Positions 26,354 through 38,500 of a DNA stretch of 64,000 nt are shown here, piece by piece. Origin of the DNA: Ramazzottius varieornatus (taxonomy: Eukaryota > Animalia > Tardigrada); NCBI GenBank assembly GCA_001949185.1, contig BDGG01000005.1, forward strand, positions 1,167,249 to 1,231,248, written 5' to 3'. The stretch's first letter is position 1. Each line of letters opens with the position of its first letter. The notes under the pieces are model-generated. The model had not been told where the DNA came from, searched no databases, and worked only from the letters and a program-made list of their open reading frames with translations. The translations under genes were made by a program, and so were the position numbers.

Positions 26354-27725
26354 TTACCACAAGCCTTTTCTCATGGGGGCTCCGCTACTTGTCGTGGTTC
26401 TGACCGCAATGCCAGGTGTAGGATGGGTGACCACTATGGGGTCAGGTTCGGGTCTTTGGTCAGCCGGCAGCTGCTCCAGTCTATCCACTTCCTTCTGGAA
26501 GAAGTCCCGTCGGCTCGTGCACCTCGGATGGGGCATCCGGATCCAGTAGCTCATGTTGCCTTCCGTCGAGTAGGTCGCTTGGCCTTCTCTTCCCAAGAGT
26601 TCCCTCAAAGCACGGTTCCGCAGCAGCCTCTTCGAGTGATACTCTACCCCACCCTTGCAGTAGGTATACCCCAGCGCAGCTACCTTCTTGTCCGCGGACT
26701 TGTCATAGAAATAGTTCACAGCGTCGTTGATACCGATAGCAACTAGGATACCCAACAGAGACCATCCGGCGTATATTGATACGCGGAGTTTGCGAGGGTA
26801 ACGGAAAAGACCGAATGTATCATTGACGGTAACGGCGCACTTATAACCAATAGGGAAAACAGTCGCGAGTGCAAGTGTCTTGAAGTAGATGTAGGTGCTG
26901 TCGACTGCGATGACTTCCCGAGCGATCGCGAACTTTTTGGCTTCTTTCGACAGGATGAGAGAGTTAAGGAGGGCTTCACCGGCTTCAGTGCGCCAAGGAA
27001 CGGACTTGTCCCGATGCATCTTGATGGAAGATCTGGAATATGATTGATGAAAGAGGGCTCGATAAACAAACTCGACAATGCTGTTTCCCAAGTGGCGCAC
27101 TTTTTCGGTGTTACGGCCTGGAAGCGTGCGGCACTTGGAGAACGACTTCCTAGAGTTGGTTCGCCTAGGCCTCACGCTCTCACAAGTACACGGAATTCAA
27201 GAAAATATTTAAACCTAAAAACAAAACTCAGCCATGTTTCAGAACTGACCTACCGGTCGACATCCTCCACAGAAGTGTAAGAGAAAGTCTTGGGAAGGCC
27301 AATGACGGCGCCCGAAGTAAGGTTCAGCGCGCCCATGTGAATAGGATCGAATCCAAACGCGGTGAACCAGCGAATCCGTCTCGAGATGTCCTCTGGTAGA
27401 CGGTAATCGGCCAGCGTCTGTAATGAAACATTCATGGCTTGCATGGTCTATGTCAGGCTATGTGCCGTATTGTTCGATGGGACGATATGTGTCAGGGATT
27501 TACCTCGGCAATAATATCACATAAGGCCGGAGAAGGTTTGACCGGATATCCGTCAGAGTACATCTGCAACTGGTCCTTGCTTTTCCTCAGGAGGAAGGTG
27601 TGAGGTGCCGCAAGAGCACCAGTTATGACCAGGCCTACTGTCGTAGCGACGTACGACATATGTCTTCTGCCATCCTCCGTGACGATGTGCTTAAGGAAGG
27701 GCTTGCTCCTCGAAAAGAAATCCAT
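26354..27725 (-). CDS. TMEM177: Mitochondrial transmembrane protein 177 (COX2 biogenesis), 3 coding exons
   Basis: FTAFGFDPIHMG....SGAVIGLP.TFSY, VPWRTEAGEALLNSLILS.EAKKFAIAREV, AD..VAALG..Y..GGVEYHSK.L.RNRALRELLG..G...YS..GN...R..HP..TSRRD. Confidence 0.88.
27053..27173. mobile_element. Family-1 palindromic element (TMEM177 intron)
   Basis: AAACAAACTCGACAA...CCCAAGTGGCGCAC-N25-GTGCGGCACTTGG. Confidence 0.8.
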
Positions 27726-28160
27726 CTCGCCTGCTTCTGATTCTTCTTCTTCTTCGGCAAATGCGGGCAATGCTGACAATGGCGGTCAAGCAGCCTTTAC
27801 ATCAGCGTTCCTACCTGCAACAACAAAATTGGTCCCCGAGAGAAGACTCCGGTCGACTCCAGTGGCACTGAGGATAATTCCTAAGTTAATAATCTTCTGA
27901 AAGTGTTGTGTAATGCATGTTACATGTCACGTCATGTTAACTTGACAATATGTCAGCGGTCAAGCAGAACGGCCCGAAAGGGCCTCAGGAGCCGGTAGAG
28001 TTTCTGGCTTCTTGTGGATATCCACGAGTTCTCTACATCACATTGGCCAAGCTGGACCTGGGTGATCCAAAACTTGACGCGAATAGTCTTTGCAGTACTC
28101 CGGTAGTTCCACTGAAGGTTCATTCCATCGGTGGGTGGACTTCGCCCAAAACAACTTATC

Positions 28161-28613
28161 CTGTACATGCGCGACGAAATATTATGGGCCCGTTAGAATT
28201 ACGGGCCAGGTGGAAAAGACGGCAAATTTACAATTTGTATGGAAGTTGGAAACAGAAATTGGACAAATGACGTAACGTAGTAATATTCAACCGTAAAAGA
28301 TTGTCGTGGACAGTGGCCATCAGCTGATCAGCTGTTTTACTCTAACGCTACAACTCTGAATTTCTCCCGGAGGAGCCTTGGACTAGCTTGAACTGCTGAA
28401 GGTGTGCATGTTCCGGTAAAATGGAGATCTAACTGCTATGACAGATATGACCAGCTTTAGCTCTTCGGCCCAATATCCAGCACGTACGTACAGCAGTCCA
28501 GCCTTCGCTGTAGGTCTTTACTTGTAGCAAGAATCACCTGCCCGTGCCGCCGTAGCGAAAGGGCCTGGTCCATAATTTTTACTGGCCCATAATATCTCGT
28601 CGTTCGTGTACTG
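28161..28613. mobile_element. Non-autonomous Tc1/mariner-like MITE, 453 bp, 50-bp TIRs
   Basis: 28161-28210 matches the reverse complement of 28564-28613 at 40/50 positions. The right end reads TA|CAGT on the minus strand. ATTA(T/C)GG(G/A)CC sub-repeats occur twice per TIR. No transposase ORF. Confidence 0.75.
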
Positions 28614-28820
28614 TATCTGATACGCCGATTAGTCCACCAGATAAAACAAGAAGAAGTTCCCTTCCGTCCTTAATGCTTATCAAAGTCAGTTTCCACCATA
28701 AACAAACAAGTTCTTATACAGGTTTCCAATCTCGCGGAATACATTATGGTTGCGTTCTTGAGCTCCGGATGACGTCCGGTCTGTACCAGAACCATGAGAA
28801 CATCGAAGACCTATCCAAGC

Positions 28821-29369
28821 ATGTCGTCGGCGAAACAAACTCATGTATTTTTGACATCGATTTCATTCGTTATTATGACTTTTTTCCTTGTTGGCACTGG
28901 ATGTCAATCGTCGAAGCCACTTACGGGAAAATATACGATCGAGCAAGCCGGCACGGATAACTGTGTTACTTTCGATGCTGCAAACAACGCCCTGGAAGAT
29001 GACCGGCTCTTCACGTCCCGCTGCCGCGAAGGACTCAGGGAGGGGACGCAAAACTTTACCGTGATTACGGACAGGAACAATGGCCATTTCTCCCTTGCTA
29101 CCGAAGATCAGAAATGCTTCTATGCAGATACGAACAAGGACATTCGACGGGACAAGAGCTTCTGCAGCAAGACGCTGAGCTATTTCGTAGCGCAGAGAGC
29201 TGGATCCAGTAGTATACTGGTGAAAGAGTGGCCGAGTAATTCTTGTTTAAATGCTAATTTGGACGGGACGTTGAATTTCGAGGCGTGTGATTCCGGAAGT
29301 CAGCGTCAAACATGGAAGGTCTGTCGGAGTGACGACCCCAGCATTTGTTTACGAAACTATCCCCTTTGA
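28821..29369 (+). CDS. Secreted ricin-B (beta-trefoil) lectin-like protein, intronless CDS (alternative ATG at 28794)
   Basis: Hydrophobic N-terminus, then three C-x(~12-19)-C sub-repeats ending in QNF and QTW (e.g. NSCLNAN...FEACDSGSQRQTW), the QxW pattern of ricin-B domains. Confidence 0.7.
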   Translation: MSSAKQTHVFLTSISFVIMTFFLVGTGCQSSKPLTGKYTIEQAGTDNCVTFDAANNALEDDRLFTSRCREGLREGTQNFTVITDRNNGHFSLATEDQKCFYADTNKDIRRDKSFCSKTLSYFVAQRAGSSSILVKEWPSNSCLNANLDGTLNFEACDSGSQRQTWKVCRSDDPSICLRNYPL

Positions 29370-29820
29370 TCGGTTCATTTTCAATACAATTGACATCAGT
29401 CCGAACGGAATCTTGGCGAAAAAGTGAGTAATCGTAGCCTAGCGAGTTCTTTTGTGTGACATCGTAGTCTGTCAGTACGCCCAGATTGGGTAGTCGACAA
29501 TTCAATACTTTGAGGTCTGAACCGCACTTCTGGTTCATCCAAAATAACTCTTCTTTTTGTCCTGGTTACTTCTGAGTAAAAAGCGGTATGTGCCACTGTC
29601 ACCAAATGGTCATACAGTTTTTTACTGGATGAAAGACAGCTATAAGTATTGCACAGGGACTAATTTGCTCCTTATCACAGCAACATTATACAGAACCTGA
29701 AACAAAAACACTTCACCATTGATAGCAAAACCGGGACAAATTCAGTTAAGTAACGACAACAGGTCAACAGCTATTTAAAAGAGCCTATTCACAAGAACTA
29801 CAGATTATATCAGTTCGGTC

Positions 29821-32800
29821 TTAGTGAGACATAGTAGTGCTCGATTCTAGGGTAGACATCGGGGTTGAAGTCTGAGAAGCTCCCGAGGAACTGCTGGATG
29901 GCTCCGGTGGGTCATCCGACCTGGCTTTCAGTTGCTCATGCCACATGGCATAGTACAGGCCGTTCTGATCCAGGAGGGCTTCGTGACTTCCTCGTTCGAC
30001 AATTTCGCCTTCGCGGAGCACCAGTATCTCGTTGGCATGTATTACAGTGGACAACCGATGTGCCACAATCACAGTCGTTCGATTCTGACATATTCGAGCG
30101 AGGGAAGATTGAATATGACGCTCGGTTTGCGTATCCAAGGCGGACTAAAACATAGCAGAAAATCCGTTCGTTAATGTAGTCTCGCAAACGAAAGAGGACG
30201 CGAGGAAATGAGCTGAGGCAGATTATTTAAGTGACCCACGGTTTCGTTGTTAGTGGCTGAAAGTATTCGCTACTTGGGAAAACGATCTGGTTCAGTTCAT
30301 TTCCCCGCGTCGCAAACTAGAACTGTCAGTTTGTACCGTGGCTTCGTCGAGAAGGACCACCATGGGTGCCTTTAGTATGGTTCTGGCGATCGCTACGCGT
30401 TGCTTCTCTCCACCACTCAGCTTCAGTCCTCTTTCACCCACGACGGTTTCGTACTTGTCGGGGAATGACTGGATTCGTTCGTGGATCTCCGCGGCCTTGG
30501 CTGCTTCTTCCAGGTCGGCGTCATCAGCTTCTATCCTCCCATAGCGAATGTTATACCGAATGGGCGCGTTGAAGAGAACCGTGTCTTGAGGAACCACGCC
30601 GATGGCAGCCCTCAACGTACTCTGCTTTATCTGTCGGAAGGAAAGCATACACGGTTGAAATTATTCTTTGGATTTCTTCCATAACGAAAATTAAACACTT
30701 CGTCTTTTCATACAACGTGAACAGATCAAAGAATTGGTGGGGCTGGTCGGCATAAAGACTTGACAAGATAGTCTTTCAGGTGGCGCACGCTGTCGTCTAA
30801 TACCACTGAACACGTGCGGCACTTGGGAAAACAATCTCGTTCAGTTTGTTTTCACAGCTCCGGATATTAGTTTTGCTGATCTTCGTACTTTTGAAATATC
30901 TTGACCGTCGAAAAGGATCTCGCCGCTCTGAACATCGTAAAATCTAAAGAGAAGTCTGATGATCGTGCTCTTTCCACTTCCGGTCTGACCAACGAGTGCC
31001 ACTGTATGCCCAGCTGGAACTTTGAACGAGATGCCTTTGAGAATGGGTCGAATAGGTTCATAGGCGAAATGGACATTGCGAAACTCAATCTCCCCACCGA
31101 TCGTGTTCAACGGTGGGGCATTGACGAGATCCTTCACTTCTTCCTTCTCATCCAGAAGGTCGAACATGTTTTCCATGTCCACAAAGGCACTCTGAATCAT
31201 GCGATAGTATGTGCCGAACCAGTTGAGCGGACCGTACAGTTGGATGATGTAAGTTCCCAACAAGACAAAGTCGCCCACGTTTAGTACTTGGTCGCGGACA
31301 ATCATCCATGCACAGAGCATGGAGGCTGTCAAGAAGCCCAGATTGATAATGATGTTTTGATAGAGGTTCAGGATGCATAGCGAAGCACTAGAGATCCATT
31401 CCATCTTCTGGAACTTGACGATGGCTTCCCGGAAGCGGTTCACTTCGTACTTCTCGGCATTGTAGTACTTGACTGTTTCAAAGTTGATAAGCGAGTCCAT
31501 GGCTTTCTGGCGAGTTTCGTTCTCGAGTAAGTTGGATGTTCGACGGAACTCGGTTCGCCATTCCGTGATAAGAATTGTCCCCGCTGTAAACGTAAACTGG
31601 TTAGTGACCCATCTTTCACTCAACTACATACAGCGACCCGCATGAGTAACGTCACTGATGGTATGCAGGTAGCTGAAGTTTCGATGCAACGTAGGTCCCA
31701 CATTAACATTTGCCTAGGCACACCGACCCGTACACATATCATGATATTTCAGTATGCAGGTACGTGATGAAACGATACGTCGTTCGTCGATGCCTCATTA
31801 CCTGCATACATCGTACCGTGTGTTTACCAAAGGAGTCCTTGTACGCAGGAGGATGAAGCAAGCATTTAGATCTACTTCCTTTTGCCAAGATGATTCGTGG
31901 GAAATTCGAGGAAAGTTAGAGCTGTGTCGAACTTACTGAGATACAGTGCCATTGTGACAAAGACGATCAGGCCATACCAAGCGTTGAATGCCGTGACAAA
32001 GTAAACGATCGCTATGATGATGTCAGCAACGGTAGGGAAAATTTGAAAGACGACATAGTTCAGAAGGTTGTTGACGCTGTTGGTACCGCGGTCCATGACG
32101 CGCAAGACTTCTCCTGTTTTCCGGCTCAGATGCCACCTCAATGACAAACCATGTAGGTGCTGGAACAGGCTGACCTCGATCTCGCGAGTGGTGTACTGCT
32201 CCACCGGAATCCATAAGTATGCCCGCAAGTTGTTGAGAAAGCCCATCGCACCTACCGAAAAGAAACCCAGCCATAGAACTCAACCATAAACCATAGAACT
32301 CAAAGCAGTCCGTACGTCAACTGCCAGAACGTTTCCTAAGTGGCGCACGCTTTCAGCCCATAACAATGAAAACGTGCGCCACTTGAGGGAACGATCTGTC
32401 TCGATTCATTTACCCTCGTCCCAAGCTGTACTCTCGACAAGAAGTTCTACTAACCTGTGCCGCCTCCTTGCAGGAATCTGACCAGAACAAAGATAAGGAT
32501 GAGGTCGTACCGGAAAGCTACGGGTGTTGTCAGGCTGTCAACTGGAAGAAGGAACAATTGATACGAATTCGAGAATATTCAAACATTTCGAACGAGGCGC
32601 ATTCTTCTTACCAATTTTTTTGTAATAGATGGGAGTCAGTAAGTTGACTCCGCGACCAACTACTAGTAAGATGAAAGACAGAAAGACGCACAGCTGCACT
32701 TTGCGGTCTTTCTTCGGCCAGACAAACGGCATCAGGGTCCTTAGCTTCAACATTAAGTTATCGAAGGTGGATTTCTTGTGTTTCCTTATCCCCCCGACGA

Positions 32801-33712
32801 CTGCTTCCCCTTCCTCCAACTTCGGGTCCTCGTTCATCCATTCTCGAAGAGACGCGTAGGTGGGTAGCCCGGGGGCTTTAAGGCCGAGCACAAACAAGAG
32901 AATTGTAATGACGTACCGCGTAATGAACAAACCTAACTCGATGCGATCATCATTTCTGCAAAGTCATGAAACAAAAAATTAGAGGTATTTCATGACATCA
33001 TCGCATGGAAACCTTTTCACCATGGGATCCTGACAAACAAACCCGAAAAAATTCCTCTTCTAATGGCGCATGTTTTCCAGACAATAAATCAATAACACAC
33101 TAAACGTGCGCCACTTGCGAAAACAGAATTGTCCATTTTGTTTGCCGGGGTCCCAAAGACGGAGCAAATTTGTATAAATGTACGTGACAAAACGTCAGAT
33201 GTTTGTACGCACGTTTCGAGCTTCCACCACCACAGACGACTCTGCAAGCCGAACAAGGAAAGGTTCTCAAAGATGAGGACCAGTGCCCAAAAGGTCAGAA
33301 TGACCAGTCCATGGCCGCGGGTCGGAATCGTCGGCAGCATGAAATTTCTTTCCAATACCACCAGGAAGATGGACACTAACAGCGCTACTATGTAGGTGAT
33401 ACAGTAGACAATCATGTATCCGGCCGGACGATGGTCGACGAGGACTGTAGTCTGGACTGCCAACCGGAAGAGAATCAGCATGGGCAGTAGAGCCATCAGT
33501 ATCATCTGTAGCCGATATCCCCATCCTTTAGGCTTGAACTTGATAGCTAGCGCAGTACCGTGCTTACGGTAGACGTGCAGCTGGATGCTGCCGAAAAGGA
33601 TGATGAGAGCGCAGAGTATAGAAGGTCCGAGTGTTTCGATGAAACAGGGAGAGAAGCCGTGAGATTGCCATGGCGGAAGGAAGGTGGCGTTCCCGGAACA
33701 GTACTGCAGCAT
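29821..33712 (-). CDS. ABCB6: ABC half-transporter ABCB6/HMT-1 (heavy-metal tolerance, porphyrin transport)
   Basis: N-terminal TMD0 (YC...PPW..HGFSPCF.ET; [16 protein letters not shown]), [38 protein letters not shown], Walker [10 protein letters not shown], signature [19 protein letters not shown]|SALD. Confidence 0.95.
30209..30305. mobile_element. Family-1 palindromic element, degenerate (ABCB6 intron)
   Basis: AAGTGACCCAC-N25-ATTCGCTACTTGGGAAAACGATCTGG. Confidence 0.65.
30738..30863. mobile_element. Family-1 palindromic element (ABCB6 intron)
   Basis: GGTGGCGCAC-N25-GTGCGGCACTTGGGAAAAC. Confidence 0.75.
31622..31850. repeat. Family-2 array in ABCB6 intron
   Basis: GTATGCAGGTA near 31661 and 31752; ACCTGCATACA at 31800 paired with TGTACGCAGGA at 31840. 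Confidence 0.7.
32320..32424. mobile_element. Family-1 palindromic element (ABCB6 intron)
   Basis: AAGTGGCGCAC-N25-GTGCGCCACTTG. Confidence 0.78.
33023..33154. mobile_element. Family-1 palindromic element (ABCB6 intron), expanded spacer
   Basis: ATGGCGCAT-N34-GTGCGCCACTTG...TTTGTTTGCCGGGGTCCCA. Confidence 0.72.
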
Positions 33713-34410
33713 GACGACGCCTTTGCTCTGCTTGAATATGCAGGTTGACTGTTGATGCTGGGATCGTCGGTTATCGACCAGGCAGTCCTACGACAGGGGC
33801 AGAGGTTTTCTATAAGGAACAACTATCAAACAAAATGAGCAGTGGGCAGAGTAGACCAGTAAGGCGCGGCCAGATGACATCATATGGAGCGGGACATGAA
33901 GTTAAAGAATATCCGTAGACGACCAATGAAGGCACAGAACACCTAATTTAGAACAATCTTGATTGGCCTTTCAAAAGCCAATTTTAATCTCGTTACCGCT
34001 CCATACTTCTCAAACTAGCCCCGCCTTACTGATCTACACTGCCCATTGCTCAAATACAAGCGTGTCCACTTACAGCTGAACTTCTAGGCTAGCGTATCCG
34101 AAGGTGTTTCCTGCTCCGGGATTCCACTGGTCCAGAGCATTCAGACGTTCCTGTTATGCGGAGAGGCAGTACGCGTACTGGATATGAGAGTCTTACCGTC
34201 AGAGTTCACGAAACTGATTGGAGGAAACTGTGGAAAGTGATTATTTAGCATCAGCATCGATTAAACATCGCGCTGTGCAGAAAGATTTGCTGAGTCACTA
34301 GTACTGGTCCACCCCAAAGCACACTAGAACCGGTAGGATGCATGGAATGGCTTGGCAAACAGCACTGTGGAGGGCGAAATTGGCAGGCCGATACAAACTT
34401 AGTGATGAGT

Positions 34411-34454
34411 GATGCACAACCGGCACAGCCGGCACAACCTGCCGGTTGTGCATC
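34411..34454. repeat. Perfect 15-bp inverted repeat (hairpin) built from GCACA(A/G)CCG units
   Basis: GATGCACAACCGGCA (34411-34425) and TGCCGGTTGTGCATC (34440-34454). Confidence 0.8.
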
Positions 34455-34820
34455 CATGCCAGTCTGACTAGAACCATAACACAAAATTTTTTGTTAATTA
34501 TTTTTCATCAATAACACCGTGCTAAGGCGGGCGTGCTTACTAAAGCGCCTGCTTTTCCATTGTTATGGTTCTCGTCAAGGATTTCCCATTTTTCCTTCGA
34601 AGGTCTTGCAATTTCGGACTTCCGAAGATAAATTCCTCCTCCAAATCTCGGGCTTGAATCCTTCTCGGCACCCGTTGTTCTGTGCTTTCATTCGTGTCCG
34701 GGACTGCTGTGCGGATCTGTAGCGAGATCGAAGAGGGCTGGAGCCACCGACGGACAGGACGACCGAAAAGGACCCGTACACGACAACTGAAGAGGCAACC
34801 AGAAAGACATCCCAGGATTT

Positions 34821-35053
34821 GGGCTCTGGGCAAAGTTCCTCAGAAGTCTGGGGTCATGGTGTAGAGGCAAAGTCGAGGAAATTTGGGCAAGTGTTAGGGT
34901 AGGTCAAGGGTGGGGGGCGGAGTTTGCCATGTGGAGGCCGATAATTCTCAAGAAAACCCCGAAACCCTCGCTTGCCCTTCTCAAATTTCGTCAGCTGTGC
35001 CTCTACGCTATGGCCCCAGACTTTTGAGGAACCTTTTGAGGAACCCACAGCCC
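34821..35053. mobile_element. MITE, 233 bp, with ~70-bp imperfect TIRs and 4-bp ATTT target-site duplication
   Basis: The left arm GGGCTCTGGGCAAAGTTCCTCAGAAGTCTGGGGTCATGGTGTAGAGGC...GGCAAG mirrors 34971-35053. ATTT occurs at 34817-34820 and 35054-35057. Confidence 0.8.
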
Positions 35054-35588
35054 ATTTATCGACAGTAGGACAAAAGCAAGGTGGTCAAGATCTCAAGAAC
35101 TTTATCAAGCAGGCCTTCGTCAATGTACGTGTACTTCGCTTCAAGTCTCCCGTAGGTTCTTGCGGCGTTACCAGAGTCTGATTTAGTATGAAGTTCCAGA
35201 TAAGCCTCCGGACCAAGAGGGGCAGCTCGAAAACGAGCCAGAATAGTCTAAGATTCCGCTGAACAGTTCGCGACTGGGACCATGCAAAGACGAGCTTGGA
35301 AGCTTTCGTCACATGGATATTAGTCAGAGACTGGGTTCTTGAACCCGAAGCAAACCGAAGACGAACTTGATAAATAACGAACTGCGAGAAACACACACGT
35401 GTCAAAATCCAAAAGAGAGACACTCTAGGGGAAAAGCTTGTACGAAAAACGAAATACAAGCGCACGGAAATAAATGACTCTGAGAATCGTAATAGTTATT
35501 CCGTGCAGGTAATCAGACTCGGAGAAGAATACAGAAGAAGTATAAGCTTTAAAATATCCGGAAAAGCTGCATCTGCTCAGAACCGTAC

Positions 35589-38500
35589 TCAGTGGAGGTT
35601 AACTTTAGAGAAGGAGGTTCCGCGTCGCATACCGACAGCCACATCGCCGGCAGTCAGCTCTGTCGGGAATAACTCCAACAACCGGAGGATACCACCGTTG
35701 GTCCAACCGAAACCTTCCTGCACCACGTACTCACCACCGCCACCGTACGCCCCAGGATTATTTACATCATACTGCAAAAAGAAAGCCAGCTCTTACAGTT
35801 CCATCTTCTGAAGTCGAGTCCCGTGGAGTGTGCAGTCACGTTGTGCGCTCAGTCAAACAAATTCGAGAACAATGCATTTCCAGGTGGCGCACATTTTCGG
35901 TACGTAATTAGATGAAACCTTGCACCACTCGGAAAACCAACCCTGTTGAGCTTGTTTACTAAGGTCTCAGTTTGGCAGTTCTGCATTTATCCTATGAAAA
36001 ATGCCTTTAAAGTTCGCGCCGAGCACGGTCTAGACGGTGTATTTCGTAATTCGTGATAAGAATGCAGAATTAGCTGGCTCAAAGTTATTCCGCAGTCGAC
36101 AATGCGCACTTTCGTCAACTTCCCACTAAAGTTTTGTACGGCAACTGAATGGCGAAAGAAGCAAGCTCTTACCTTTTCGTAAAAATATCCAGAACCTTTA
36201 AAGCCAGAATAAACAACGTTCAACCACTTTTGCGCCCACGCAATGACAGCCGAGCGCAAGTCTGGGTTCGCTGCGAAACCTGTAACAAAAAGAACCATAC
36301 GTGTACCAACGTCGTAACTGAGTCAAGATTCCTCGAAACCCGGTTTTTTGCGAGTCGCAATTGTTCAGGACAAGACATATCAGTTTTTGCAGCTCAGAGG
36401 TCATCCAAGGGTACACGCGCTTTCTTATAGAGAATTTGATGGGCTACCGATCAGCCGTAACGATTTTGGCATTTGATAATTAGGGGTTACAGCCGCTCGA
36501 GAGGAAGTAAATAGGGGTTCAGTGCTGTAATCCTCCACGATTCTCGCGATGTGTCATCGCATGCGCGCAGTTCATGTAGTATTTCAACGTAAGCGGAAAT
36601 GCCAATATTAGCATCTGCAATAACTTTGAAAATCCCTATCTCCAAAACTAATCGTGAGCTTCCTCGAGGGTTAGCGCCACTTGATAACGCTGATTTTTGT
36701 CTACAGCCTAATGCTTAACACGTCGATTACAGAAAAATAACCGAAAAAACGATTTCTGAAAATCAAGACCTCAGTACAAACTACATGGGTCATCGTAGTC
36801 TACATGAAAGATTACGATGATCTTACACTTGAATGAACTGATACAAAGGTGCCCCAGAAACTTACTCTCGATCAGCATCATCTGCATAGGCGGCCACGCA
36901 TTGGGGTAATCCCACTGGCAAGTAGGCCGGACATATTCAATGAACGAACAGGGGAATCCACCCAGATAAGACGTCACTTTCTGGATCTGCAAGAAAATTA
37001 GAAGTGAGGCTGATACTTTGATAATGCACTCCACACCGAGATTCCACTTCCGGTTTGGTACACTGTAGTAAATTCTAGACGAGGCGATTAGATCGATGTA
37101 CCATTACCGCATTGATTTTTATCAGTGTAAGAAAGCCAGAGGCTTATATGTACTTACGTCTTCTGAGACAATCACTTCCAGCATGAAACCGGTTTCCGTG
37201 ACGTCAACCTTGCTTCCTCTGCAGCGCGCGAACAGCGGAGCGACGTGCGCGATGTAAAACTCCTCGCGCTGTCGGCCGTGCTTCAAGTCGTAATCTCTCC
37301 ACATTTTCTTCTCGTCGTTCCAGAAAACTGCCTGAATGGCATCCGCACGTTCTGTGGCGAGGTCGGCGTAGTACTTGGACTTCTCCATATTGCCTTAAAC
37401 ATCCCCAATTACAGAATCTCGGGATCACTTCCGGTCACGTGATTCATACATATGCCGAAAAAATCACGAAAATATTTCATCAAAATTCTTTTCCAAAGTC
37501 TGAAACATTTATTCAGTACCTGTTAGTTCGTAGAATTCGCTGAGGAGATATTCTTGCGTGTATATGTAAGCGTTGAGGTCGACAGGAACTATGTCTTCAG
37601 TGCGGATCGTGCCAAAGTCGGACGTCAGTGGATCATCCAACCAACGAGTGGAAAAATCCCAGCCGCTCTCACAGCCGGCGGCCACGTTGGTGAAGAAGTC
37701 TGCAGGAGCTACAACGAAAATCGCAACAATAAATCATTAACGACTCTTCAAGTAAATAAACAAGAAAGGGAAACAGTAGTGCTATGTACTTCGGAGGCCG
37801 TCCAGATGGTGGGCGTGTTCTTTATCTTCCCGGTAAGACTCTGGACGAGGACAGCGTATGCCACCTCGGTAGACATTTAACGTGAAGGTCTCGCCTTCGG
37901 ATGTTGTGACAGACACTGCGCGTTTCTTCATCCAGAAAGCGTGTTCCCTTTCCAGGGCAGGAAGAACTTCGGAGATGATGGAGGCCCGGTCGTCCTCTGG
38001 CACATTGCGATGCAGTCTATAAGCGTCCACCATTAATGCCAAGAAGGGAGGCTGCGAACGCTTCATATAGTAGATTCGGTTGCCGTTGGGAACATGACCG
38101 AAACTGGAATTGAAAAGCGGAAAAAGTGGGAATCAAACAATGATACTTTGCACGAAGATCAGTTTTGGCGAGCCGTGCGGGCACAGTACACATGCAAGCT
38201 GAATGGAGCCTGGTGGCAACCCATTCGAGAGTACGGCCCGCCATGGCGCAGAACAAGTTATCTTCATACCGATTTATCAAAGCAACGCAGTTCAAAATCA
38301 TTCCACGCGCAGTCACGTGCATTCCGGACACCAACAGTCCTTGAATTATCCAGAAGGAGTCCCAGTAGTAAATTTCTCGAAAGCGCCCACCGGGGATGAT
38401 GAAAGGATAAGGAACAGGAATTAAAGAATTATGCGTCGGTTGATCCGACACCCACGGTTGAAACTGCAAACATACACACGTAGAATTTTCACTTTTCTTG

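Noticed and set aside
34540-35381. Extra C-terminal exons giving a membrane-bound trehalase isoform
   Set aside because: Requires a weak GTTAAC donor, shows no trehalase similarity, and the region is interrupted by a MITE; the TGA at 35589 is the simpler end.
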